Numbered from the stretch's first letter, positions 1 through 7,984 are shown. The stretch is 15,966 nucleotides of DNA from Candidatus Micrarchaeia archaeon (GCA_038740245.1 JAVYLZ010000013.1:1-15966), one strand, 5' to 3'. The notes: generated by a model not told the origin, from the sequence alone. Numbers and translations: made by a program.

Positions 1-658
1 ACGGAAGGGAGCGAGAGCTTGCCTTCTCAAGGTTTATCTCGTACGCACCGGGTATCGCCCTGCTGAAGCCCTTGAACAGGTAATCCTTGTCCAGGTCCGT
101 TTCAAGGATGCGGACGGCATTATCAAGGGCACGCGAGCACAATTCAAGCACGCTTATTGTGCGTGAAAGCAGCTCCACCTGATAATTAAGAAGGTGGAAC
201 CTGCGGCTTTTTCCGCTGTATTCATAAACAACCATCTCAAGCTCGCTTGAGAAAGCGCCGGCAACCTTTGGCAGGTACGGCGAAAGATGATTGACATTGG
301 CAAGGTTCTGCACAAAAAACTGCACATAAAACTGGGAGAGCCGGCTTACTTCTTCGCGGGAATATACGGCCGGTGTAATTGTGTCCTTGTTGCATGCGCC
401 CGGCAGCTCACGCACCGCCGCCCGCATGAGCACGCTGAGCGTTTCCGAGCTCAGGTCTGACATCCACTCGGCGACACGCGATATCAGTGCGGTGTGAGAT
501 GTTGAGCGGAATATTGCCTCCCCGTTAAACTGGAGCTTCGGTGCGGACAGCATTATTGTATCCGTCTTTGGGTCGTATTCCGCAAAATGCCCCTTTGACT
601 TAAGCGTTTCCCCCAAAATTTGGATGAACTGCTCTTTTGGTATGCGTGTGCCTGCCAT
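1..658 (-). CDS. Hypothetical protein, runs off the window start (at least 219 aa; MAGTRIPKEQFIQILGETLKSKGHFAEYDPKTDTIMLS...)
   Basis: Hand translation of the minus strand shows an open frame from ATG at 658 to the window edge with no stop. A GGAGTGG RBS-like motif lies just upstream. Absent from the ORF track because it has no stop in the window. No family motif recognised. Confidence 0.8.
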   Translation of the reverse strand, partial: MAGTRIPKEQFIQILGETLKSKGHFAEYDPKTDTIMLSAPKLQFNGEAIFRSTSHTALISRVAEWMSDLSSETLSVLMRAAVRELPGACNKDTITPAVYSREEVSRLSQFYVQFFVQNLANVNHLSPYLPKVAGAFSSELEMVVYEYSGKSRRFHLLNYQVELLSRTISVLELCSRALDNAVRILETDLDKDYLFKGFSRAIPGAYEINLEKASSRSLP

Positions 659-724
659 CAAAACCACTCCGTGCACTATAATGTATCCTTTTTGGTTAAT
701 AAGGTTTGCGATTAGATGGAATCA

Positions 725-732
725 TTTAAATA
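725..732 (+). promoter_or_regulatory. Archaeal TATA-box candidate (TTTAAATA) for the 754 ORF
   Basis: Matches the archaeal TATA consensus and ends 21 nt before ATG 754, consistent with a leaderless transcript. Confidence 0.55.
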
Positions 733-753
733 TGGCGGTGGCGAATATGGCTT

Positions 754-1716
754 ATGCTCGCAAGTGGCGGCAACCAGTGGGCGGTACCTGCCCCCCTGCA
801 TATAGAGCATGGCGAATTTTCATATGCGCACATACTCGGCCGCACCCGCGAGATTAACGATTACGCAAAAAAATCACGCGACCGCCTTGCATTTGAGTTT
901 GACGAGTCGGAATACGCAATCGCAAAGCAATCGCTCCACAATTTCAGGAGGCACCTTCTGCATTTCGGCAGGCCCGTGCGCGATTCGCCAGCAAAGCTCA
1001 AGCAGATGATAGGCAATGCGATCGGGCCGCTGACGGAGGGGATGTACAGGAAAATTGCCGAATACAGAAGCTACATATACTCTGCAAAGCGCGCATACGT
1101 ATGCTTTGAGGAAACACTGCTCAGGATGGCGACGGACCTGGAGCAGAACGCCGGTGCCGGCGCAAACGTTAGCGCAAAAATTGCAGTGCTTGCTGCGCTG
1201 GAAAAATGCAGGCAGGCCCAGCGCATACTTAACAATTCATACTGGGAGCTTGACCGGCTCAGCGTGGAGATTGACTCGCGCACCGAATCGCTTTATATGC
1301 GGCTGCGCTCAACTGCAAATGCACTCATCCTGGCTTACTCCGCGTGGATGGTCCCCGTGCAGCAGGGAACCCACAGCAGGGATGCCTCAGGAAGGCATAC
1401 TGTGGCAAGGGACAGCATCTGGCAGCAAAAAATCCAGGCGCCGCTTCTGCATGCGTTGTGCCGCAGGCCGCGCAGGGATGACCTGGAAAAAGCACTCTTT
1501 GAGACATTGGCTGCACATGAAAGCTACCAGGCGCTCAGGGTTATCGCCGGTGAAGACGCATTCCCGGGAAGCCTGCGCATGCGCGCGAAAAGCTCGCTTT
1601 ACGAGATGAGGCGGTCGCTTGCCTTAACTGCATATGAAAAAATTGCGGCAATCAAGAGAAAGGGCGGGGCATACCGCTTTGCAGGTGGTGGAATGCCAAA
1701 TAAATCCTCACTGTGA
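754..1716 (+). CDS. Hypothetical protein (320 aa, probably mostly alpha-helical)
   Basis: Longest ORF in the interval, preceded by a TATA-like box. Its 3' end overlaps the convergent lycopene cyclase by 9 nt. No recognised motif. Confidence 0.7.
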   Translation: MLASGGNQWAVPAPLHIEHGEFSYAHILGRTREINDYAKKSRDRLAFEFDESEYAIAKQSLHNFRRHLLHFGRPVRDSPAKLKQMIGNAIGPLTEGMYRKIAEYRSYIYSAKRAYVCFEETLLRMATDLEQNAGAGANVSAKIAVLAALEKCRQAQRILNNSYWELDRLSVEIDSRTESLYMRLRSTANALILAYSAWMVPVQQGTHSRDASGRHTVARDSIWQQKIQAPLLHALCRRPRRDDLEKALFETLAAHESYQALRVIAGEDAFPGSLRMRAKSSLYEMRRSLALTAYEKIAAIKRKGGAYRFAGGGMPNKSSL

Positions 1717-2385
1717 ATCTGCGTGCTGCCTGCTACTGCGGATGTATGCGAATGCCAAGAACGTGAGCAGCGCAAAGTTGTAAAGGAAATCCTCTGCCGG
1801 TATCGTGCCGATGCGCAGGCCGGTTATTGCGCTGCTGTTATAATGCACGATGGGCGGTGCTGTGAGCGCGGTATTGACAATCAAAAACCCGGCGAATGAA
1901 AGGCCCATGTACAGCCAAAACCTGCGCGAAAACATGGCATGCGGGGCTGCAAGCGCAAGCGCTATGCAGGAGGCGGTAAAGGCGAGGCATGCAAGCACTG
2001 TATACGCACGGCCGATGTTTGCAAGCATTATTGCAAGTGCAACTGCCGTGGGCACCGCCATCATCCAGGGCCTGAATGCAACCGGCTTCTCCTTGATAAG
2101 CAGAGCGGTGCATTCATACAGGAATATGCAGCAAAACGGGACTATGATAAAGAACAATACCTCCTCAACGGGCAGGCCAAGCAGATAAATGCCAATTAAG
2201 TGCTCCCCTGAGAATCCCCAGTCGCCGCGCTCGGTTGCGAGCACATCCCAGATTACGAACGGGATTGCCACAAGAATTATCGCGGAAAATGCGCGGCGCA
2301 GGTCAACATCAACAAATCGTATCGCCGTAAGCAGTGCAGGCACAGCAGCGGATGCAAGGAGCACGAGCAGGTAGGTGCTTGGCAT
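1708..2385 (-). CDS. crtY: Membrane lycopene beta-cyclase, fused CrtYc/CrtYd (two-repeat) type
   Basis: Hydrophobic multi-TM protein with two repeats, each ending in the PxE[E/D] motif (WD...GDWGF...GIYLLGLPVEEVLFF and GLRIGTIPAEDFLYNF). Lies immediately downstream of crtB. Confidence 0.9.
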   Translation of the reverse strand: MPSTYLLVLLASAAVPALLTAIRFVDVDLRRAFSAIILVAIPFVIWDVLATERGDWGFSGEHLIGIYLLGLPVEEVLFFIIVPFCCIFLYECTALLIKEKPVAFRPWMMAVPTAVALAIMLANIGRAYTVLACLAFTASCIALALAAPHAMFSRRFWLYMGLSFAGFLIVNTALTAPPIVHYNSSAITGLRIGTIPAEDFLYNFALLTFLAFAYIRSSRQHADSQ

Positions 2386-2394
2386 TTTACCACA

Positions 2395-3231
2395 TCACTT
2401 TATCATGCAAAGCGAATTGCCCGCTATTGAAGCGACAATGCGCGGCACGGACGGCCGCACCTTGCGGGTATACACAACAAACGGCCGGGAGTGTATAATC
2501 CGTGCGGTCCATCGGTACATGTCCGAAGCGGTCTTTATCGGGATGCGGCAGCGGGGCGGAATTTCATTGAAGCTGTGGCTTGCCGCATCAAACCACCCAA
2601 GCGCAAGGTTCACTTGGGCACGTATGTATTCGCTGAACCCTTGCGGGTTTGACTGCGCTTCCCGCAAATCAAACGAGCGCAGCCCGTACCGCTCAAGCTC
2701 GTCCAAGGGAAGGTAGCTTCTTCCCATCGCAAGGTCCTCCTGCAGGTCCCTTATAAAGTTTACATACTGCATTGCGCGGCCGAGGTGCATAGCATCCTCA
2801 TGCACCCTGTCGCTGAGCCCGAGAATGCGCGACATCATAAGCCCGATTACTTCGGCTGAGCCGTGCATGTATTTGCGGAGCTCATCCAATGTGTAATACC
2901 TAACCTGGGGGCGCAAATCCGATTCCATCGCATCCAAAAACGCCTCACACCACGCAGGCCTGAAATTGCACTCCTCAAAAAGCGATACAAATCCGGCAAC
3001 CACTTCATCGTCGGTTCGTTTGCCGGCGATTGCCCGCTCATACTCTTTTCTAAACTCCGTGAATTCCTTGTGCCTCTGCGGCATTGAATCCACAAAATTG
3101 TCAGCTTTGCGCACAAACGCATACAGGCGGAAAACCCGCTCGCGGATATTCTTTGGGAAAAACAGGCTTGAATAGAAATACGTGCGGCTGCCCGCCTTGA
3201 ATATGTTGTATATTGTCGTGCTGATTGCCAT
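2395..3231 (-). CDS. crtB: Phytoene synthase (squalene/phytoene synthase family)
   Basis: GSRTYFYSSLFF, LYAFVRKADNFVD (first Asp-rich motif), YMHGSAEVIGLMM, LGRAMQYVNFIRDLQEDLAMGRSYLP (second Asp-rich motif). Start overlaps the crtI stop (TAATG). Confidence 0.95.
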   Translation of the reverse strand: MAISTTIYNIFKAGSRTYFYSSLFFPKNIRERVFRLYAFVRKADNFVDSMPQRHKEFTEFRKEYERAIAGKRTDDEVVAGFVSLFEECNFRPAWCEAFLDAMESDLRPQVRYYTLDELRKYMHGSAEVIGLMMSRILGLSDRVHEDAMHLGRAMQYVNFIRDLQEDLAMGRSYLPLDELERYGLRSFDLREAQSNPQGFSEYIRAQVNLALGWFDAASHSFNEIPPRCRIPIKTASDMYRWTARIIHSRPFVVYTRKVRPSVPRIVASIAGNSLCMIK

Positions 3232-4706
3232 TATTTCTCCCTCTCAGCAATCTCGGTCGCCGCTATTTGTGCGGCGAGCACCACCATTGGCAGGCCTACT
3301 CCCGGATGTGTGTAATGCCCTGCATAATACAGGCCCTTTACCTTGGGGCTGGATATGCGCGGCCTAAACATTGCGGTTTGGAACAGCGTATGTGCAAGGC
3401 CGAGCGCATTGCCCATATATGCATTGTAATCCGAAGCAAAGTCCCGTTGTGAGTATATGCGCTTCACAATTATATGCTTTGCAACTTCATCGCGCGCAAC
3501 GTACTTCTCAAAATGCGCGAGCACTTTCCTGAAGTATGATTCCCGCGCGCGGTCTGAATCCGCAAGGCCGGGCGCAACCGGCACGAATATGAACACGTTC
3601 TCGCAGCCTTTCGGTGCGACCGAAGGGTCGTCCTTGGATGTGCACTTTACGTAATAGGATGGGTTCTTGGGCCACCGCTTGTGCCTGAATATGTCATCAA
3701 AATGCGCGTTCCAGTCATCGGCAAAAAACAGCGAATGGTGCGCAAGCGACGGCAGCCGCTTCCGGATGCCAAGGAACACTATGAAGCCGGACGGGCCGAG
3801 TGTGCGGGATTCCCAGTAGGATTTTGAGTATGTGCGGTATTGCGGGGCGAGCAGGTGCTGGTCTGCATGCTCATAGTCTGCATTCACGAGCACCACATCG
3901 GCCTCATACAGCTTCCCATTAACTCGCACGCCCTTCACGCGACCGCCTTCAACCTCAATGCGCTCAACCTCGGCATTGAACTTGAACCGGGCACCCTGCG
4001 ATTCCGCGAGCTCCCTGAACGCATCCATAAGCCGGCCTATCCCGCCTTCGGGATACCATACGCCCAGCCCCTGGTCAACGTGGGACATTATGCAGTACAT
4101 TGCAGGTGTGGAGCGCGGGTCGGTGCCGAGGAATACAGAAGTATACTCCATTATTTTTGCAATCTTTGCAGAAGTGAAATACTGCGACACGTACGAGTCC
4201 AAGCTCCTGTGCAGCCCAAGCCGCAATACCCCTGAAACTAGCGACGGGTCAAGCACGCTGAGCAGCGAATCATATGAGCGCATGATGAACTTGCCCATCG
4301 CAATGCTGTATATTGACTTGGCATTCTCAAGGTATTCCTGCAGCTTTTGTGAAGAACGATGCTCCAGCGATTCAAACACGTTGCGGTTGTGGACGGGGTC
4401 TGAAGTGATGTCCACAACAGTGCCGTCCTCGTAAAACACACGGTAATACGGGTCAAGCCGCTTAAGCCTGAAATAATCCGATGTGCGCCAGCCAAAAATC
4501 CTGAAATAGCTCTCAAACACTTCGGGCATCAGGTACCACGATGGCCCCATATCAAACCTGAACCCTTTTTCAGAGAATGTGCGTGCGCGGCCGCCGTGCG
4601 TGCGGTTCTTTTCAAATACGGTTACATCGTATCCCTGCTTTGCGAGCAACGCCGCAGCGCACATGCCGCCGGCACCCGCACCAACCACAGCAGCCCTTGG
4701 CCTCAT
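3231..4706 (-). CDS. crtI: Phytoene desaturase, CrtI family
   Basis: FAD-binding VVGAGAGG, EKN..HGGRA, GFRFDMGPSWYLMP, WYPEGG, LGLAHTLFQTAMFRP, C-terminal GLYYAGHYTHPGVGLPMV. ATG at 4706 preferred over the adjacent GTG at 4709. Confidence 0.95.
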   Translation of the reverse strand: MRPRAAVVGAGAGGMCAAALLAKQGYDVTVFEKNRTHGGRARTFSEKGFRFDMGPSWYLMPEVFESYFRIFGWRTSDYFRLKRLDPYYRVFYEDGTVVDITSDPVHNRNVFESLEHRSSQKLQEYLENAKSIYSIAMGKFIMRSYDSLLSVLDPSLVSGVLRLGLHRSLDSYVSQYFTSAKIAKIMEYTSVFLGTDPRSTPAMYCIMSHVDQGLGVWYPEGGIGRLMDAFRELAESQGARFKFNAEVERIEVEGGRVKGVRVNGKLYEADVVLVNADYEHADQHLLAPQYRTYSKSYWESRTLGPSGFIVFLGIRKRLPSLAHHSLFFADDWNAHFDDIFRHKRWPKNPSYYVKCTSKDDPSVAPKGCENVFIFVPVAPGLADSDRARESYFRKVLAHFEKYVARDEVAKHIIVKRIYSQRDFASDYNAYMGNALGLAHTLFQTAMFRPRISSPKVKGLYYAGHYTHPGVGLPMVVLAAQIAATEIAEREK

Positions 4707-4729
4707 CACCCAGAGTTATGCGCAAAAAG

Positions 4730-4737
4730 TTAAATAA
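4730..4737 (-). promoter_or_regulatory. TATA-box candidate (TTATTTAA) for the crtI-crtB-crtY operon
   Basis: AT-rich box about 23 nt upstream of ATG 4706, the same spacing seen at other genes in the window. Confidence 0.45.
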
Positions 4738-4742
4738 TGCGT

Positions 4743-4749
4743 AAAAAAA
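4743..4749 (-). terminator. Oligo(T) archaeal-type terminator candidate after the ankyrin gene
   Basis: T7 tract on the minus strand 5 nt after the ankyrin TAG stop. Confidence 0.35.
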
Positions 4750-4754
4750 GACGG

Positions 4755-5243
4755 CTAAAAGCCATCAATAACACAGTCGCTCCTGAAGTTCCAGAACGGC
4801 GCATCGTCCTTCTCAGGGTGCCGCAGCACGTCGCGTGCAGTCCGGCCCTTCTTGTTCGCTATGCCGGGGTCAGCACCGAGCATGACCAGCGTGCTGAACA
4901 TCTCCCTGTCCTGCAGCTGGGCCGCGCACATCAGCGCAGTGCTGCCAAATGTCTTCTCCTGGTAGTCCAATGTTGCGCCGGCCGCAAGCAGAGCCCGCAC
5001 CATCGGGGTATCCTTTACCAGCACTGCATACATCAGCGGTGTTGCACCGTTCTCGTCTACCGCATCCAGTATTGCATCGGTCATCAGGTCCTTTGCGCGC
5101 TCAAACTCCCTGGCGCGCAGTGCCCTGCAAAGCTCAGTTGTCGCCTCAATCTTCCTTTTTGCATCCCCGAAAGGCCGTGAAGCCCTCTGGTTTGATTCAG
5201 CTCCCGCTCCATAAAATTTGGAGTTCACTTTGCTTTTTTCCAT
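4755..5243 (-). CDS. Ankyrin-repeat protein (about 3 repeats)
   Basis: DENGATPLMYAV...MVRALLAAGA, FGSTALMCAA...LVMLGADP, KKGRTARD. AGGTGA RBS upstream of the ATG. Confidence 0.9.
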   Translation of the reverse strand: MEKSKVNSKFYGAGAESNQRASRPFGDAKRKIEATTELCRALRAREFERAKDLMTDAILDAVDENGATPLMYAVLVKDTPMVRALLAAGATLDYQEKTFGSTALMCAAQLQDREMFSTLVMLGADPGIANKKGRTARDVLRHPEKDDAPFWNFRSDCVIDGF

Positions 5244-5329
5244 TAAATCACCTTGCTCCCCTTAAAAAAGAGGGGGAGTTATGTTAAAGGGGGTTAGATT
5301 AAAAAATGTATTTATACGAGAAATCTGGC

Positions 5330-5554
5330 CTACCGCTTTTTCTCCTTTGGGAGCGTATTTATGCCAAGCAGCGTGTATATGCCGCAGAAGCCAATTGCGC
5401 CCGTTATAATAAGCACTGCCGCAACGATGTAGAACAGTAGATTAAGCGGATTAGGCACAAGCCCTAAGTATGCCGCTGCCGCCAAAAACACACCCAAGAT
5501 TATGCGCACCGCCCTGTCAAGGGGACCTTCGTTTACGGTGATGTTGAACGCCAT
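5330..5554 (-). CDS. DUF2892 / YgaP-like two-TM membrane protein
   Basis: NEGPLDRAVRIILG...LIITGAIGFCGIYTLLGINT is the family pattern. Start moved to ATG 5554 because GGTGA lies 5 nt upstream. Confidence 0.88.
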   Translation of the reverse strand: MAFNITVNEGPLDRAVRIILGVFLAAAAYLGLVPNPLNLLFYIVAAVLIITGAIGFCGIYTLLGINTLPKEKKR

Positions 5555-5583
5555 TCTGGTCACCAATCCCTATTTGGCAGGCA

Positions 5584-5600
5584 TATTTAAATGGGTTTCG
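5584..5600 (-). promoter_or_regulatory. BRE-like element plus TATA box (CGAAACCCA-TTTAAATA) for the DUF2892 gene
   Basis: Consensus TATA box preceded by a CGAAA BRE-like element, about 30 nt upstream of ATG 5554. Confidence 0.55.
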
Positions 5601-5615
5601 TGCCCGCTTGAGTTA

Positions 5616-5629
5616 GAAACATATATATA
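5616..5629 (+). promoter_or_regulatory. BRE/TATA candidate (GAAAC-ATATATATA) for the 5653 ORF
   Basis: TA-rich box ending 23 nt before ATG 5653. Confidence 0.5.
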
Positions 5630-5652
5630 CCCCATACGCACATAAAACACTC

Positions 5653-6177
5653 ATGTTTGGATTCCTGCGCTCAAAATCGGGCGATGGCGAACACACAAAA
5701 AAGGATAAAGACCCGAAGGCGGAATTTGACAGGAAAAAGGATGCACTTCCCGCAGACGCGCAAAAGGAGCTGCCCGACTACATACAGATATGCGGGCCGC
5801 TGCTGGATGCTTATCCTCTGCAAACATTCAAGATATTCGGCAGGCTGTCCCGCATATTTATAGGTACACCTGTGAGGGAATTCCTGTTTGCTGCACAGCC
5901 ATCACCATACGAGCGTGGCGGCTACATCCCTCCTGGGGCAACAATGATACCTGTCATAAGCAACCAGTCGCTGCCCAAGGAAATAGTTGTGGGCGCATAC
6001 AGAATAAACCCAAAGCCTATTAGAACGGACAGGGGCATAGTGCTCTTCAAAGTGGAAGAGTATGTTGATGCAAGCAAGTTTACCGATGAGGACATTATAG
6101 TCATGCGCAAGATCTGCCGGGAAGCATACGCCCATATGCAGGAGGAGCTCGCCAAAAAGGCGCAAAACGGCCAGTAA
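5653..6177 (+). CDS. Hypothetical protein (174 aa)
   Basis: Clean ORF filling the intergenic space, TATA-like box upstream, protein-like composition. No recognised family. Confidence 0.75.
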   Translation: MFGFLRSKSGDGEHTKKDKDPKAEFDRKKDALPADAQKELPDYIQICGPLLDAYPLQTFKIFGRLSRIFIGTPVREFLFAAQPSPYERGGYIPPGATMIPVISNQSLPKEIVVGAYRINPKPIRTDRGIVLFKVEEYVDASKFTDEDIIVMRKICREAYAHMQEELAKKAQNGQ

Positions 6178-6222
6178 TATTTATTATAATTATATTACCT
6201 AATCTCTAGCGCAGGTGATTTA

Positions 6223-6378
6223 GTGTCCATAGTTGAATACGGTGAGTACAAGGGCAACAAGCTCATAATCCTGAAAAGGAATGAGAATGACAAGTATCCC
6301 TTCAGCTTCGGCAAAGGGAAGGCAAGGCTTATAGTTGAAAACTTTGAGAAGATTAAAAAATTCGCTGAAAGCGATTAA
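6223..6378 (+). CDS. Small 51-aa protein MSIVEYGEYKGNKLIILKRNENDKYPFSFGKGKARLIVENFEKIKKFAESD (possible beta-beta-beta-alpha nucleic-acid-binding fold)
   Basis: GTG start with AGGTGA RBS at 6213-6218, AT-rich TATA-like tract at 6175-6197, TAA at 6376-6378. Fills the gap exactly. Below the ORF-track length cutoff. Confidence 0.8.
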   Translation: MSIVEYGEYKGNKLIILKRNENDKYPFSFGKGKARLIVENFEKIKKFAESD

Positions 6379-6382
6379 TTTT

Positions 6383-7984
6383 TTACAGCATTTTTGAGAA
6401 TGCGTTTTCAACGGATTTCCCTTTTGCCCCCAGCACCAGCAGAAGGTGGGCTTCCGGCGTGCCGTGGCTTACGAGGGTATACGCCGTGCCAGCGGAGTCG
6501 CGCACCCGCCCAACCCGCTGCTTATAATCAATGATTGAATACGGCACGCAGTAATTTATCAGCGTCATTATGTTGGGCATATGGACCCCTTCGTTTGCCA
6601 CGCTTGTGGCAATCAGGAGGCGAAACTCGCCGGCTTCAAACCTCTTGCGCACCTCAAGCTGCTTTTTGGCTGGCATTTGGCTCTTGCCCAGCAATACTGC
6701 ATTTGGGATGCCCCATCCGGAAATTTCCCTTGACAGCGAATATGCGTGGCGCACCATCTCTGTAAATATCAGTGCGCTCCCTTTTTCAGTGTTGAGTATT
6801 ATGTAAACCTCCTCAAGCTTCGGGTGGTCCTTAAGCTTCCGGCTTATTTGCAGGGCCTCAAGTATGCCCTCATCCTCGGCCAGCGTCTCTGCCGCAAGCG
6901 ACCTGCAGGGTGCAATGTGCCTTTCAAAATACGATTCAAACTCCCTGCTTCCCACACGCTCAACAAGCGTGCACATATTCATAAGGTGGTGCAGCACGGC
7001 TATTGAAGACAGGCTTGCGCAAACTGCGTTTGACTGCTCGCTGTACCGGCGCAGGCTATCCTTAAGGGACAGGAGGTATTGCTTTGCGTCCTTAAGCTCA
7101 CTGATGTACGGCATCCTGAAATCTTTCTCAAGCGGCCCGAAAAGCTCTATTATGCGCTCCATGTCATAATACCTTGCCCGGCGGAGCATCTCATAAACCG
7201 TCTCATTTGCAACACTGTGCAGCTTTGAGCTTATGTGCCTGCGCTCGGGCTCAAGCAACACCCAGATATGGGCTTGCTTGCCGGAGGGCACGTACTTTTC
7301 AACTTCCTCATCGGGCACATGGAACAGGTGCGTTGTCCCCAGATTCTCAAAAAGCGCGCGCAGCTTCACCACGCTTGACGCTGGCGATGCGGAGAACCCA
7401 AGGCGCTCTACCCCTGCGCTTATCGCCGCCTTTGCCACGGTGCAATAGGAATCATGGTTCTGCATGTGCTGCACTTCGTCAAATATCACAAGCGAAACTT
7501 CCTTCATGCTAAACTTTCCTGCCGACAGGTCAGAGACAAACGATTCCGGCGTGCCAACCAAGAACCTTGCCTTTGCATAGTTTTCCGCAGACCTCGGGGC
7601 ATCACCTGTTACAAGCATAATCTCGCCTGGCAAAAGGACGCCGCTGAATTTCTGCAGGATGTTTGAGTAGTGCTGCCGCGAAAGCAGCACTGTATCCGCA
7701 ACCAGCAGCACCTTGCCTTCCTGAAGCTTTTCAGCCGCGCACGCAAACTCAACCTCGGTTTTCCCGCCGTTGGTCCTAATGACTATGATGCTGCTGCCTC
7801 GGTTGCGTATAAATTCGAGCGCCTTTTCCTGGTATTCCCGCATCCTGTGCAGGTCCGGCTTTAATGCTTCTGCAGCGGTGCAGCCATTATTGCCCATTGC
7901 ACTTTCTGCAAGGGGGCTTTTATTCAGGAACCCAAATATGTCTGTTTGGCGGGGATCCTTTACGGCTTTTGAGCGTGTGCGCAC
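6383..7984 (-). CDS. SF2 helicase, Hef/FANCM/Mph1-like, lacking the C-terminal ERCC4 nuclease domain
   Basis: Q-motif MREYQ, Walker A RTNGGKT, VGTPE, motif II IFDEVQH, motif III GFSASP, helical insertion, HPKLEE, ALIFTE, LLIATSVANEGVHMP, motif VI QRVGR. GTG start is uncertain. Confidence 0.85.
   Translation of the reverse strand: MRTRSKAVKDPRQTDIFGFLNKSPLAESAMGNNGCTAAEALKPDLHRMREYQEKALEFIRNRGSSIIVIRTNGGKTEVEFACAAEKLQEGKVLLVADTVLLSRQHYSNILQKFSGVLLPGEIMLVTGDAPRSAENYAKARFLVGTPESFVSDLSAGKFSMKEVSLVIFDEVQHMQNHDSYCTVAKAAISAGVERLGFSASPASSVVKLRALFENLGTTHLFHVPDEEVEKYVPSGKQAHIWVLLEPERRHISSKLHSVANETVYEMLRRARYYDMERIIELFGPLEKDFRMPYISELKDAKQYLLSLKDSLRRYSEQSNAVCASLSSIAVLHHLMNMCTLVERVGSREFESYFERHIAPCRSLAAETLAEDEGILEALQISRKLKDHPKLEEVYIILNTEKGSALIFTEMVRHAYSLSREISGWGIPNAVLLGKSQMPAKKQLEVRKRFEAGEFRLLIATSVANEGVHMPNIMTLINYCVPYSIIDYKQRVGRVRDSAGTAYTLVSHGTPEAHLLLVLGAKGKSVENAFSKML

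Noticed and set aside
100..1240. Possible paralogy between the two left-hand hypothetical proteins (ISVLELCSRALDNAVRIL vs IAVLAALEKCRQAQRIL)
   Set aside because: The resemblance is short and typical of amphipathic helices. It is not supportable without a profile alignment.
1708..2385. Multi-TM protein beside the crt genes as a rhodopsin or Blh/Brp dioxygenase
   Set aside because: It has the duplicated PxE[E/D] lycopene-cyclase motifs and lacks both a retinal-binding helix-7 DxxxK pattern and the Blh His motifs.
4755..5554. DUF2892 and ankyrin genes as members of the carotenoid operon
   Set aside because: They are co-directional but separated from crtI by an oligo(T) tract and a separate TATA candidate. 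No functional link is known to me.
6220..6411. 63-aa minus-strand ORF in the track
   Set aside because: It is the antisense shadow of the better-supported 51-aa plus-strand gene, which has an RBS and promoter candidate.
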